Shown: one piece after another, positions 1-13,813 of the stretch | Layout: each line of letters begins with the position of its first letter | How positions within the stretch are numbered: position 1 is the stretch's first letter | Assembly (NCBI RefSeq): GCF_006345805.1 | Contig: NC_043016.1 | Span: forward strand, 14,446,001 to 14,510,000 | Direction: 5' to 3' | DNA length: 64,000 nt | DNA from: Octopus sinensis | Taxonomy: Eukaryota | Notes under the pieces: model-generated | The model's input: the letters and a program-made list of their open reading frames with translations, nothing else | What the model was told of the DNA's origin: nothing | Databases searched by the model: none | Program-made: the position numbers and the translations under genes

Positions 1-545
1 AAAGCGGACGTTAAATGATGATGATATCTGACAGTTAGGTGCAATATAGACATGTGATCTTTGGTTCAGCCCCACTGTGTGACACCTGAGGCAAGATTCT
101 TCAAATATAGCTCCAGACTGATTAAAGCCTTGTAAGTGGATTGCCAATGCCGCCGTGACTGGCTTCCGTGCCGTCGGCACGTAAAAAGCACCCACTACAC
201 TCACGGAGTGGTTGGCATTAGGAAAGGCAACCAGCTGTAGAAACACTGCCAGATCAGACTGGACCCTGGTGCAGCCTCCTGACTTCTCAGACCCCGGTTG
301 AACCATCCAACCCATGCTAGCATGGAAAACGGGCATTAAACGATGATGATGATGATGATGATAACAGTAATGATAGATAGATAGATATGGAGAGTTGGCT
401 CCAGCAGTATAGAAACCAGAAAACAATGTTGATCACAAAATACTGTGGAACAAAGGTGTAGATTATGTTGATCAGTTTCAGATGGTTAAAATAATAAATG
501 ATATTAGTGTCACATTAATATTCCTTCCTTTTTTGTCTTTTCTAG

Positions 546-642
546 GCAAATTCTGTGATAAAAACTGATTCCATAACTGAAGAAAGTGCAACAGATGTAG
601 TGAAAAAAATTGTTGAAGCACTTAATGGCAATAATGAAACAT
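546..642 (+). CDS. CLUH: CLUH exon (ANSVIKTDSITEESATDVVKKIVEALNGNNET)
   Basis: Pyrimidine tract + TAG acceptor, GTAAGT donor, phase 1 matches next exon; poorly conserved linker sequence. Confidence 0.75.
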
Positions 643-1067
643 GTAAGTGTTTTATGTATAAACAACATATTTTTACAGGAAGAAAAGAAAAAAACAACAT
701 TAAAAGTATAAATTATTGGGGGGGGGGCGTGGAAAGCCCATAAAAGTACCTCATCAAAGATACAAAGAAAAAGAAAAAAGGGAGCAGAAGATGGGGAAGG
801 AGGGAGTAACAGGTTGTACACCCCAGAACAAATGGTGTGTTTAGTTGTGCCTAGCAGAGGTGCAGCAGACGTGATTGTAAAGGTGTTGCCATGGAGAACG
901 GCCAGTGATAACCCACCTCAAGGGACTCATTTCTTAGGCTGGCTGCAGCTATCCCAATTTTGGAATGGAAATTGGCAAGTGTGAGGTCCAAGAACATCTG
1001 AGGCACAAACTGGTAGCAGCCAGTCAAGCTCCTCTATTTGTTTATTTTTCTCTTCTCTGACTTTCTC

Positions 1068-1406
1068 AGGAATTTCTGGAACCACAGATGACATTGGCTT
1101 ACACTTATTGACTGATCCCCATACACTGCATTAATATTCGTTGCACTTTCCATTGTGTTGTTGCCTTTATTGAACTTACAAAGCAAAATATACCAAATAT
1201 GCTCCTTTGTCACTTACGTTATAGCTTTAAAAAAAATTACTGTTAAAATCGAACTGCATTCTTCAAAACTTACACTAAGAATAAGTCAAAGGTAAAATTA
1301 CTTCCTGCTTTTATAGCAAATTGATACAGGTAGTTTATCCTGTTCCCCTCCGACTTATAGTTCATGCAACTGAAAAAATCCACATTATTTGTGGGATGAC
1401 CAAATA
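1068..1406 (-). mobile_element. 5' fragment of the same mariner family as 35352-36639
   Basis: Colinear similarity with 36303-36639, including the terminal repeat (cattatttgtgggatgaccaaata). Confidence 0.85.
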
Positions 1407-2586
1407 TGTGTGTGTGTTTGTCAGTGTATATATGTGTGTGTGTGTGTTTGTCAGTGTATATATGTGTGTGTGTGTGCATAATGTCAGGTTGCTCATAAGT
1501 GCTACTGGTAGTGTGTAGTCTAGTATGACCTGTTGTATGGTCAGTCTGTTGGCAACTAGGACTGGTGAAGAGTAACTCAGCAGGATGTTAAACAATATCT
1601 GTCAAAAAGATAGATGTAACCATTGAAATGACAATGGCTATATAGTAATAGTGCAGGGACATCACCTTATTATATCAAAAATAATGTTTATTTATCCACA
1701 TTGGTTTGAATTAATCGTGCATTATCTCATAGCTTTGAGATTTTGATCAGGATCTGATGGGGAATGCTGGGGTTGGAGGAATCGGTGGAATGGTTGGTAA
1801 GGGCAAATGGAGTGAAGTGGTATGGGTGTGTGTTGAGGAGGGTTATTGCATTTGAGGTAAATGGAGCACGAAAGCAAGGTAGACTGAGGAAAAGGTGGAG
1901 GATGAGATTGGGAGGGTTGGTTTGAAAAAGGAGGATGCCCAAAACCTGGCAAGATGGTGTGAGGGCAGTTGCTATGGCATTGAGGTAGATCTGGCCATTC
2001 CCTGTTAAAGGGAAGAAAGCCTGATTTAAAACACTGGGTGATGATAATGATAACTGTTAATTATTAGAATGATATTGTAGGATAGGTGTGAGAGGCTGGA
2101 TCTGGCCAGTTTCAGCATAAAATGGGAAGAATATTTTGACTGGTTTAAATGCTAAAGTGTCAAAATTTTAAGACCATTCAGTTTGAGGTCTTTCCAGCCA
2201 TGCCAGGATACTGGAAGGAAAGTTGTTCTGTCTTAAAAGGTGAGTGCAGTTCTGTGTATGCTTTGGTCGCTGTTAATTACTGAGGGGAAAAAAGAAGTCC
2301 ATTGGTGATGATGAGAAGTTGTGGAACTTAGAGGTTTGATTAACTGGAAGTATGTCATTGTAAACCTGCAAGAATGTGACTTGTGGTATTGGCCGTTTCC
2401 GAGTGACTGAGCAATCTTTTCCAAGGATAGCACAGCTCCCCTGTTTATCTACATCGACCTAGAAATTGCGATCTAAATACAGTTTATCTAATTCTTTTTC
2501 TCTTTATCTCTCTGCAGATGCTTGACTTTATCCTTTTTTGTTTTTCATGACCAGGTTTTTAAATGTATTTTTATCATTATTTTTAG

Positions 2587-2652
2587 TTGTTGAAAATGGT
2601 AAAGAAATTATAAAGAAGGCTGCTAGCTCTGTTGGTTCATTGTCTGATTCAG
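2587..2652 (+). CDS. CLUH: CLUH exon (VENGKEIIKKAASSVGSLSDS)
   Basis: TTTTAG acceptor, GTATGG donor, phase 1/1; resembles the 'avGS.s' segment preceding FNPD. Confidence 0.88.
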
Positions 2653-3316
2653 GTATGGCCATTTATTGCAATTTTTGTCTACTTGTCTCGCTCTCTGCTT
2701 TTCTTTCTATCATCAGCTGAAACTGTTCAAAGAATTAAAATAATTGCCTTTGGTTGTTTTATACATTTGTTGACCCTTTAGCATTCAGGATTACTCAGTC
2801 AAATGCAATGTTTATTTGTTCACATTGTTTGCTATTTATCATGCATTATCTCGTAGCTTCAAGATTTTGATGATGCGGCTGCCTACTTTTAGAATAACAT
2901 TGTAGGATAGGTGTAAAGGGCTGGATCTGGCTAGTTTGAACATGAAATAGATGGAATATTTGAGCTGCTTTAAATGTTAATGGGCTGAAGTAAAATATAT
3001 ATGATAGGATTTGTTACTTCATTTGTAGAAGGAATATGATTGGGAACTGCGTTTGCTGCTGGATTACAGCTAATAAATTATTAAATTTTAAACTAATTTT
3101 TAATTGGATTACAGTTAATGAGTTATTAAGTTTTAAACTAATTTTTAGTCTTCTTACATGCAAATATTGTCATTGAAACTGTTTAACCAGTGGAATCAGA
3201 GAAAAATAATGTTAGATAGCTTTGGTTGAGAAGAGACAAGATAATCTGAAATAGTATTTTGTTTCCAATTATTAGTAATTTCTAATATTGGTTCATTGAT
3301 TTTCATTTTTTTCTAG

Positions 3317-3378
3317 AATTTTCAATTGCATTTAACCCAGATGTATTTCAACCCCACGTAAATCATACAGAAGCTGAT
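3317..3378 (+). CDS. CLUH: CLUH exon (EFSIAFNPDVFQPHVNHTEAD)
   Basis: CTAG acceptor, GTAAGT donor; FNPD motif. Confidence 0.93.
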
Positions 3379-3836
3379 GTAAGTTTGTTTTCTTCTCTTA
3401 TTTTCAAAACTACTTTTAAGTATAACATGTTAGTGAGACTAACTTAGAGTAATAACATATAATGTGTGTGCGTGTGTGTAAAATAAAGAAATTTAGTGAA
3501 TTGACGATTCAGATGTTAAATTCTTGATATGATTGCTTCTTTTTAAATGATCTTAAAAATCTCTGAGCTCTAATTTGTGATGCTCTGCATATAACAAAGG
3601 ACAGTATTGTCATTGGCGTATTGGAGTTCTTTTGTGTATGTGTTGGATGTTTAGATATTTTCTTTCTCTCCCCTATACCTTTTTCAGGACACATGCTTGT
3701 GTGAAATTTGTGGAGAAAACTGTATGGAAGCTGATCAAGTATTTATGCTTATGAATGTGTGTATGTGTGTCAGAGAGAGAGAGAGATTATAAATGTCTAT
3801 TGTCTTTGAATTGATAGTTTTCATATCCGGATGAGA

Positions 3837-4925
3837 ATCATCATTATCGTTCAACGTCCGTTTTCCATGCTGGCATGGGTTGGACGGTTCGACTGGAGTC
3901 TGGCAAACCAGGACGCTGCATCAGGCCCAGTCTGATCTGGCAGTGCTTCTCCAGCTGGATGCCCTTCCTAACACCAACCACTCCGAGAGTGTAGTGGGTG
4001 CTTTTTGCGTACCACCGACAAAGGGGCCAGAGGAGCTGGCATCGACCATGATCGGGTGGTGCTTTTTACATGCCATCGGCACAGAGGTCACAACTACAAT
4101 TTCCATTTGATTTGACGTTGATGTCCTAGACTCAGTAGGTCTCCTCAAGCACGGCATGTCGCCCTACGATCTAAGGTACTTTTGAGTGGGCTGGTTATGC
4201 GACACTGGTGTAGGTTACAGCTGTGAACTCACTTTATTTGCCGGGTCTTCTCTGTCACAACATAACTCCAGAGGTCTCAGTCTTTTTTCATTGCCTCTGT
4301 GAGGCCCAATGGTCGAAGGTCATGCTTCACCACCTCATCTCATGTCTTCCTGGGTCTCCCTCTACCCCTGATTCCTTCCACTGTTTGGGAGTGGCACTTC
4401 TTCACACAGATCTCCTTGTCCATCCGCAGTACATGACCATACCAGTGCAGATGTCTCACATTTCTAACATTTCTCTCAGGGCACTTACACTCTACTGTGT
4501 ATGCACACTGACATTATACATCCAGTGGACCATTGCTAGCTTCATTTCTTTCAAGCCTATGCATGTCCTCTGCAGTCACAGCCCATGTTTCACTGCCGTG
4601 AATCATGGCAGTTCACACACATGCATCATACAATCTACCTTTCACTCTGAGTGAGACCCTTTGTCACCAGTAGGGGTAGAAGCTTTCTGAACTTTGCCAA
4701 GGCCATTTTTATTCAAGTGGTAACACTCTCTGAGCATCCCCCCACCCCCCACTACAGACTTGGTCACCTAGGTAGCAGAAGCTATCAACTACTTCTAGTT
4801 TCTCCCCCTGGCATGTGATGGAGTCTGTTTTCTGCGCATCTGTGGTGTTTATTGCCCCTGTGTATCTGCTGCACCTCATATATGTCCACTGGGTACATCT
4901 TAATGGAGTTTCTACCTACACCTTT
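3837..4925 (-). mobile_element. RTE LINE 3' fragment
   Basis: Reverse-complement similarity to 46860-48280 (RT C-terminus, 3'UTR, gat tail). Confidence 0.88.
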
Positions 4926-4996
4926 TGTATTATATTATATTTAGTAATTTTATTCTGAAAGCTTGAATGATTTTAAAAGTTTTGTTTTCTCTGTAG

Positions 4997-5074
4997 ACTC
5001 ATCAATTAGAAAAAGAAAAACAATTAGTGAAAGATGCTGCAGAATTTCTTGTATTGCACCATATTCCTTCTTTT
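4997..5074 (+). CDS. CLUH: CLUH exon (THQLEKEKQLVKDAAEFLVLHHIPSF)
   Basis: GTAG acceptor, GTGAGT donor, phase 0/0. Confidence 0.93.
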
Positions 5075-5519
5075 GTGAGTAATCTTCTATTGTTTTGTTG
5101 TAATATTATTGTAGATAGACTGTTAAGCTACAGGGATGTAAACACACCAATATTGATTGTCAAATGACAGTGGGGGGGGGGGGACAAACAGACACATATA
5201 CACTTATATATACACGATGGGCTTCTTTCTGTTTCCATCTACCAAATCAACTCACAAGGCTATAATAGAAGACACTTGCTCAAGATACCATGCTGTGGGA
5301 CTGAACATGGAACCATGTGGTTGGGAAGCAAGCTTCTTACCACACAGCCATGCCTGCACTTATATATATGTATGTATATATATATGTGTATGTGTATATA
5401 TATATGTATATGTATATAAAATAATAATAATAAAAAGTAACAACTAAAGAATGAGACCTCTATATTAGATAAATAAAGGATTATTTGTATATGTTATAAT
5501 TTAGAACAAACAGTAAAAG

Positions 5520-5597
5520 GTTGTCATTATAGTACTCGGAGTTTCGAATGCTGGAGCAAAGAGCTACAATGCATTCTCATTGGCTATTAATGGCAAC
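5520..5597 (-). ncRNA. Hammerhead ribozyme-like motif, core mutated
   Basis: GTTGCCATTAATAG-CCAATGA-GAATGC...GCATTC-GAAAC-TCCGA-GTA-CTATAATGACAAC: stems I-III pair, G5 is A. Confidence 0.6.
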
Positions 5598-5917
5598 AGA
5601 CGCTATGAAAAACTGTTGAATAAAAGGGAAGTTACTCTAATAGATAGAAAAAGATAAAAAATACATGCAATCATATTCTCACAATACATAGACATAAACC
5701 CCCTGCGTTCACATCTGCATACGTACACATTCACACAAACATGTATATGTACATGCTCATACACAAATGCATGTATGTGTGTACTCATACATACATATCC
5801 ACACATACATGCACAGATGTATATGCGTACACAGTTGCGTCTTCATATAAAGATAGGTGTTTATATGCATACATGTAAAATAATACCGATATATTTAGAC
5901 TTTAATACATATAAATA

Positions 5918-5956
<39 letters not shown>

Positions 5957-6399
5957 TGGATGCATAGCATTAGTGTGCTTCAACAAAGGAGCACAATTGA
6001 GAGAAAGGCAGGGATATAAAAGAAATGAGACATAGCTGAGTTGATATTGTCTTATGATGCTTATGGAGGATGTCTGTTTGGTAAAATAGCTGGAAATCCA
6101 AGTGGAGGGCATGAAAAGAAGCAGTGAAAGGTGATTGCAGTAAAGGAAGAGATGTTAAGCTGGAGGAAACTCATGCAATTCTTTCAAGCATCAAATTATG
6201 TTGATAATGCATAACTCACTGCATAATATTAATTAGCGCTTATCCACAGACATCCTGTCACAGAATTTTAGTTAATTAGTATGTGAGAGGACATAGTATA
6301 TGCTTGTAAATTTATTTAAACTCGTCCATAAGTACATTGTTTCATACACAGACACGGGGTATGAGAGGACATAGTAAGTCAATAAGACAACTCGGATCT

Positions 6400-7337
6400 A
6401 GCAAAAACCAAATGTATTTAATAAAATTTCGCAGACAAGTTGTTGATAATCTTTCTTCTAAGATTATTCTGTGAGTCCACCTTCAGCTGCGACGATTGTT
6501 TCAATGCAGAACCAGAATAGTTGACAAACCTACACTAAATAGCTTTTACTTCACACCTGGATAATGACAGCCTTCAGGGGAGCTATGGTCTTGTGATGAT
6601 GTTGATTAGTCTCCCTTCAAAAAACACTCCAAACGTAGTAGTCCAAGTTTGGTGTTGGATTGTCATAAAAATTCTAAGATCCTGTGGAAAGATGGGAATT
6701 GGCATGATATGACCTTCTTTACTCACCATTCCTAAAGCCATCAGAAGCATCTGTACATAGCCATCTCTCATTTCTCTTGTTAGATTTCGGGTCTTGGTTG
6801 AAGAGTTTTTCCCATCAGAGAACCAAAGCATGCCATGTTTGTGAGGGGTTTTAAACATTGTTAAGCAACTGCTTGGCAGGGATCAAATGGGTTTCTGTGT
6901 CTTTGCGGAATTGGTCCCTCCTCAATACAAACGACTTGTATTGAATGTCCGCATGCACCATAATTCTGACAGTCCACTCTGATACCAGAAGTTCTATGGT
7001 GATGGCCCTTATTGATTTTCTGGGATCCATATCAATAAGGTTGGATGAGTTGCTGTTTCCTGATAGTTCTTTGAGAATGAAGTGTATCAAAGAGTGGGAG
7101 GTAAAACCCCTAAACATTCTCACGAGAGGCTTCCAATTCCATCTGAACTTTGTAAACCAAAGATCTTGCAACATATAAAATGTTGTCAATTTTCTAAATT
7201 GTTGTTTCCCAAATACACACACATGGCAATAATGACTTTCGTTTCTTGTACTTTGTCTGCCATAGGGAAATCCTTTTAATTGGTTTGAAGAGAGTAATGT
7301 ACTGAGAATTGTCCACAAATACCACCTATACCCTGCA
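6400..7337 (-). mobile_element. Decayed Tc1/mariner-superfamily (maT/DD37D-like) transposase
   Basis: WFSDGKN, MALGMVSKEGHIMPIPIFPQDLRI and LDYYVW-like segments; internal deletion. Confidence 0.7.
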
Positions 7338-7637
7338 TATATATGTATGTGTTTGTGTATCTATAAGGGGATGCTGAGAATTTCCTGTTTTTGGGTAAAA
7401 GAAAATACAGGATCACTTAATTATGATTTTATTCAACATATTCCCCCCTCAGATTCACCTACTTATTGCTGTAGTTCTTCAGTTTTTCTAAGCTCTGTGA
7501 AAGAACTTGGAAGGTTGGGCCTCCAACCAGGCCTTTTGTGGTACCCTTAAAGCGAGGTATTTTTCAGCACCACCTCGTGTATGTATATACATACATACAG
7601 ACAGATATTGACTTCATTCCATTCATTTATTTTTCAG

Positions 7638-7708
7638 GTAAATGATTGTCTGGACCACACTACATCAATTATTGATGGAACCTCTTTAACAGATGCTATG
7701 CACCATCG
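7638..7708 (+). CDS. CLUH: CLUH exon (VNDCLDHTTSIIDGTSLTDAMHHR)
   Basis: TTTCAG acceptor, GTATGT donor, phase 0/2; start of CLU-central domain (DG.sL...mH.RG). Confidence 0.93.
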
Positions 7709-8267
7709 GTATGTACCAGTTTTATTTATTACTTTATTATATTATCACTGTAACTCTCAACATTCCACTCTTATTTTGCTTGATTTTTATTTTTCCATGT
7801 TTCAATGCAATTAGGTCTTTGCACCTTTGGAATTTACTTCAGTATATACTTTTGCACCTGTGCTGAAATAATCAGATCATCATCAGTTGGTGATATTTGG
7901 GTCATTAGTCCAGCTCATTTGGTTGAATGGTGGAAGTTGTAGGCTATTGGCATAAGTCAGAAATTAAAATGATGAAAAGCTGGGTTTTTTTTTTTTTGTT
8001 GTTGTAGGGGAGCTGCATGGCTACCCACATATAGGGGAGGGAGTGAGAAATGAATCAGTAGTAGTTGGAGAAAGACAAAAAGTGGTGATAAGGTGTGTAG
8101 GGGCACCATTTAAAGAATTGTTCTTCCTTTCTTTAACCATATTTTTTAACTTCTTTTCATCTTGACACAAATTTTTTAGTTGCAATTTAGTTTAAATGAT
8201 AAAATCTTGTAAACACTGATGGATAAAACGTTTTTGTATGATTTAAATTTTTCACTTTGTTTTACAG

Positions 8268-8340
8268 AGGAATTAATATACGATACCTGGGATGTGTAGC
8301 TGATACAATTTCTAAATGTCCTCAAATATCTTACCTGTAT
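8268..8340 (+). CDS. CLUH: CLUH exon (GINIRYLGCVADTISKCPQISYLY)
   Basis: ACAG acceptor, GTGAGT donor; RGINIRYLG signature. Confidence 0.95.
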
Positions 8341-8926
8341 GTGAGTATCAAAAATACTTATAATCTTAATATCGATAATATTGATTAAAAACATCCTAAT
8401 TATTTCTTTCTTATTCTGGAAACACTTAGATCTTAATTACTATCTTCAACAACAAAATAAACAGTAAACAAACACTTTTCTAATATCTATCAAATAAGGC
8501 AGTGAGCTGGCGGGATTGTAACTGTGCTGCAAAAAATCCCAGTCGAATACTGGGGTTGATGTAATCAACTTGCCCCTATACTGAAATTGCCGGCCTTGCA
8601 CCAAAATTTGAGAAAAAATATTTATTTCAGTCTTTTATACATTTCAGCCCTTAAGCTGAGGCCATGTGGGGGGCAAACTACTTTTTGTTTTTAATTTGAT
8701 ATTTTTCATTTTTATTAGTATTGACAGTAAAATAATGCTTTAGAAAATTTAGTTTTGTGATTCAGCTTTGTTCGATTTCTATCTAAACTAGTATTTTATA
8801 TTTAGAGTTTTTGTTTTTACTTTCCACAAATAAAAAGAACAATGACTATTCCTATTGTGTTCCATAAACTTACTTTATCACTTTCATTTTGAAATTCTTA
8901 ACGGAGTATTTTAATCAATTTTACAG

Positions 8927-9088
8927 ACAATTGCTGTTGCAGAATTGGTATGTTTGTCTGCAAAACACACTTTCAAGGCATATATGCAAGGAGTTGCTCA
9001 GATGCATTTGTCATCATCTCTTAGCCATTTTCTTAATTGTTTTCTTGGATCCTTCCAATCACCTAATGCACAAGTAGCAATTGAAGAT
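8927..9088 (+). CDS. CLUH: CLUH exon (TIAVAELVCLSAKHTFKAYMQG...SHFLNCFLGS...IED)
   Basis: ACAG acceptor, GTGAGT donor; SAKH and SHFLNCFL motifs. Confidence 0.95.
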
Positions 9089-10083
9089 GTGAGTAAAACA
9101 ATTCTGTTCTTTTCATCAGAAATTAATACAATCTTTTTAAGCTTTATTACTTCTATATTGTAATCTAAATTAAAATTATAATTTTGAAATAATCAAAATA
9201 GTTTTAACTAATAATCAGTACATTGTCAAATGATAATCTAGGAAATATGAACATCTTTCTTGAGAAATACAACTCTAACAAGAAAACCACTTCATATTCA
9301 CTAATCTAAGTTTAACTTAATTGCTCTGATATTTGCTCATTAAACCTATTCAGTCTATATTGTTTCCATTTGAAAACTAAATATGTAAATTAAGCCATTA
9401 ATGTTAAATAACTTGGAATTACAATATATTTAGATGAATTACCTTTAATTCTTGACCATATTACTGATTGCTTATTATAGGTGGATGATTCTTAATATTA
9501 ATTCTTTTAGTTCCTGTTAGTCAGTTATAACTTTCAATTTAATTTTGTGAACCAGTTTTAGTTAAACTGTGAAGGCATGTAGCCTAGTGGTTTGGGTGTT
9601 GTGCTTGTGATTGCAAGACCATGGTTTCAATTCCTGGACTGGGTGCTGTGTTGTGTTCTTGAGCAAAACACTTCATTTCACATTGCTCCAGTCCAATCAG
9701 CTGTAGATAAGTAACCCTGTAATGGACAGGCTAGTATGTTGTTATCTTGGTCAGTTATATGCCATGGAAACCGGGTATTTGACCCTACAAGTTCTTGGAC
9801 TCAAGTCAACAATGCCCAAGGGACTAAACATTACGTCTAGTTAAATCAATATATTTGTTTCATTTATTCATATGCTTTAATGTTATTTTCTTTTTAACAT
9901 ATCCTTATATTGCATACAAAAACATTTGTAAAAAACTTACACCATATTCAAAGTCCTTGTTCTTAGTGCAGTAATCACAGGCAACACACTTTGTCTTGAT
10001 TTATTCAAATTGATGAATAATTAAAGAAAATAATTCACTGCATATTTTCATATTTGATAGAATTCTTCATATTCTTTATTTAG

Positions 10084-10147
10084 CTTCAAAAGAATTCTAG
10101 AAAGAAGAATAAAAGGAAAAACAAAAGTGGAATTCTCTATGTTCCAG
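10084..10147 (+). CDS. CLUH: CLUH exon (LQKNSRKKNKRKNKSGILYVP)
   Basis: TTTAG acceptor, GTATGC donor; basic KKNKRK stretch typical of CLUH. Confidence 0.9.
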
Positions 10148-11561
10148 GTATGCTTGCTCTGATTTTATAAATTTCTCTTAAAACTATAAATTGATGATTT
10201 TAAAAAAAAAATTATAGCCAAATTAATTTGTTTTTCTCTTCGAGGTAGAATTAGCAGCTTTGAGTGAATGGGGCCAGAGAAAATCCTGTTATTTTAAATG
10301 CACTCCAATGTTTATTGGTTTAAGAAACTGAATTCATTCATAAAGAAGTTTAACTGCCAAAAGAGAGTTAAATATGTAGATCTGTGATCACAGCATCAAA
10401 CACTACGACCGTTAATATTGTCTTTTGTATGTGCTACTACAGCTGCAGCAGCATTTTATTTGCCTCAAACAACCCAGTTTTGAGAATAAGTTCTACTTTA
10501 ATTTTACACAATTTCATTTTTTGTTTTAACAATCATAGATGTCATTGGTTTGGATTTCTCTTTTAGAAAATTACACTAGTCAAAGGAATAATTTGGAAAT
10601 TCATGTAAAATCTTTGACAAACTTCATACAAGTTGTGGTGCTGATTAAAACAGTTGTATCAGATTTAAAAACTAAATTCATTAGAATTGTTATTAATTAA
10701 TTCGTTGTTTGTGTGTTCATGCATCCTGGCTGTGATTTACAATTTGATGGAATAATCTCAATGCTAAAGGGCTAAAGTTGGAGTGTTTTGGTTCTGTTGT
10801 GTTTGTAGTTGGTTAAGCATAAAGTTAGCAATATTGTTGAAATAGACAGTTGCCACAACCTCTGCTTACACATTCAGTTGTCTTGCTTAAGTTGTATAGA
10901 GCAATAAGAGCTAGAACTATAAAAATTATTGGGGCTTTTGCTTTGAGAGATAAGAAAATACTGAAGGAAATATGTCATAGGAAAGAAATAAGAATCAAAA
11001 AAATATAACTAATAGTAAAATGATAATGGTTTCAAATTTTAGCACGAGGCCAGTATTTCTGGGTGAAAGGGTAAGTCAATTACACTGACCCCAGTGTTTC
11101 ACTGGTACTTATTTTATTGACCCTGAAAGGATGAAAAGCAAAGCTGGCTTCGGTGGAATTTGAACTCAGAACATGAAGACATGAAATGCTACTAAGCATT
11201 TTGCCCAGTTTGCTAATGATTCTGCCAACTCACTGCCTTTAGTGGTAAAATGATATTGAAAAATATTCTTTTCTACTCAAGGCCCAAAATTTTTTGGGGA
11301 GGGGGCCAGTCGATTAGATCAACCTCAGTATGCAACTGATACTTAATTTATCGACCCCAAAAGGATGAAAGGCAAAATTGACCTTGGCAGAATTTGAACT
11401 CAGAATGCAAAGACAGACGAAATACCACTAAGCATTTCACCTGGCATGCTAACGTTTCTGCCAGCTCACCACCTTCAATATTGAAGAATATTAACAGTCT
11501 TTGTATTTTTGTATATATTTACCCTATACCTTACCTAGGTGTTTTTTCCATTTGTCTCCAG

Positions 11562-11652
11562 ATAACACTGAATGGTTAAACGAGACTCCAAAAAGTTTGT
11601 GGAAGCGCATTGTTAATGACGTACATGAGTATTATCATTTTACTGTAGAAAG
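11562..11652 (+). CDS. CLUH: CLUH exon (DNTEWLNETPKSLWKRIVNDVHEYYHFTVES)
   Basis: CTCCAG acceptor, GTATGG donor, phase 1/2. Confidence 0.93.
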
Positions 11653-13035
11653 GTATGGACAATTTTTCTACTCTTTTTAATTACACTAAATTTAATAAGT
11701 TAGAATTTTTAGTAAATTTTTCATAAAATAATTATCAGATTAGGTTTCACTTTGACCACTTCTTTTCTCAAGAAATGGTATCTTTGGCTTTCCTTCAATA
11801 TTAACCTATAGCTTCTTTCCTTCAATATTAACCTTTCACATTTCAATATAAATATCAACTTCCTCATCCAATCTTACCTATGAATTGCCTATTGAAGAAT
11901 TCCAATATTTTATAGATTAATATAATCATCACAACAATGAGATAAACTAAACATCTAGCAAAACTGTTAGCAGTTTACATTTGTCACCAATTTTCTGACT
12001 ATGGCCAAATCGCTTCTTATATTTGATCAGTCTTCCTAGCTATGTATTGACAGTGCTACACATAAACTTTGACATTTTCCTTTGCATATGGATTCAAGGT
12101 CATTTGTTTCTATGGGAAGACAACAATTATTTATTTCATTACTTAATCAGGAGGAGAGAGAAGCCCTCATGGTTCATTATAGGACCTTTAACCCTTTAGT
12201 ATTTAAAGAGGCCATATCCGGCCAAAATAACTAATCTGTTTTATGTTCAAACTGACCAGATCCAGGCTCTCACACCTACCCTACAATGTTATTCTACATT
12301 AAGTAATTACACCATCAGCATCTTGAAGATATGAGATAATGCATGAATAATTCAAATCAATGGGAATCAATAGGCATTATGTTTGATTGAATAATCTGAA
12401 CACTAAAGGATTAAACTGGTGGAAAAGAAAGAGGAAGCCTTGCTCCTTTTGCTTGCATCAGAGTGAGGACCCTGGTAAAGGTACCCAGGAATTAGATGTT
12501 TGCATAAGACATTGATTTCCTCCAGCCCACAGATATTAATTAGCAATTGTGTAAGAATAATACTGGTTTCAAATCTTGGCACAAGGCCAGTAATTTCGGT
12601 GGGAGGGTTAAGTCATTACATTGACCCCCAGTGTTCAACTGTTATTTTATTGACCTCAAAATGATGACAGTCAACCTTGATGGAATTTGATTAATAATAA
12701 TAATAATAATAATATTGACCACACTGATCTCACCAGTTTTGGAGAACCTATGAAGACCATGGACACAGTGCCTTCCTTCAAATCAATTAAAACAAAACAT
12801 AGAAGTTATTGTAATCCTTGTCATCCTAGGGAGACTTAGGCACATAGTTATTGGTTTTTCCTTGTAAGCAACACAAACATTGTTGATTAATATAAACATT
12901 CCAAACATTAACCTAGAATGGTAAATAAATCTGTATTTTACTCCTCGTATTTTTTTAAGATATAGCAAATTTATTGATTTTACTATTATTATTATTATTG
13001 TTTCTTTGTTTTGTTTTCTTTTTTCTTTTTTCTAG

Positions 13036-13222
13036 TGACTCTGTGGATTCACTTGTAGAAAAGTATGGCATACAAAAAATATCCTTGTTGCGGTCCATTT
13101 GCAGGAAATGTGGAATTCAAATTCTGTTAAAAGATTATAACTTTGACTCTAAGAACAGACAAACCTTTTTTGAGGATGATATTGTAAATGTATTTCCTGT
13201 CATTAAATGTGTCCATCCAAAG
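13036..13222 (+). CDS. CLUH: CLUH exon ([34 protein letters not shown]...[10 protein letters not shown])
   Basis: Long T tract + CTAG acceptor, GTTCGG donor; end of CLU-central domain. Confidence 0.95.
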
Positions 13223-13526
13223 GTTCGGTTCTTTCTAAATATATTTTTTAAATATTTTGTTTCTTAAATACACACACACACACACATGCATATATATATA
13301 TATATATATACATCTTTTTTTGGAACACTGGATCTCGAAGCATATAAATGCTGTAAGCAGTAGCATTTATATGTAAATATTAGGTTGAAAATCCGTTTTG
13401 GATAGAAAAAAATCAAAATTTTCTGTACAGAAGGGCTTTTTATTTACATGCTGTTGTTCATAAGGATTCATATGCTACGAGATCCAGTTCCAGAAAAGAA
13501 TTATTCCACATTCTCTTGAAAGTTCA

Positions 13527-13754
13527 TTAACCCTTTAGTATTTAAACCGGCCATATTTGGCCCAGATATTCTACATGTTTTATATTCAAACTGGCAATAT
13601 CTAGCCTCTCACACCTAACCTACAATGTCATTCTAAATATAAACAATCCCATCATTGAAATCTCAAAGCTATAAGATAATGCATGATTAATTCAAAACAA
13701 TTTGAGTGAAAAAGTATTACATTTAACAGAGTAATCTGAACACTAAAGGGTTAA
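13527..13754. mobile_element. TTAA-flanked piggyBac-type MITE (related copies ~12188-12414, ~2770-2985)
   Basis: TTAACCCTTTAGT...ACTAAAGGGTTAA terminal inverted repeats. Confidence 0.8.
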
Positions 13755-13771
13755 TTCTTATCACATCAACA

Positions 13772-13813
<42 letters not shown>

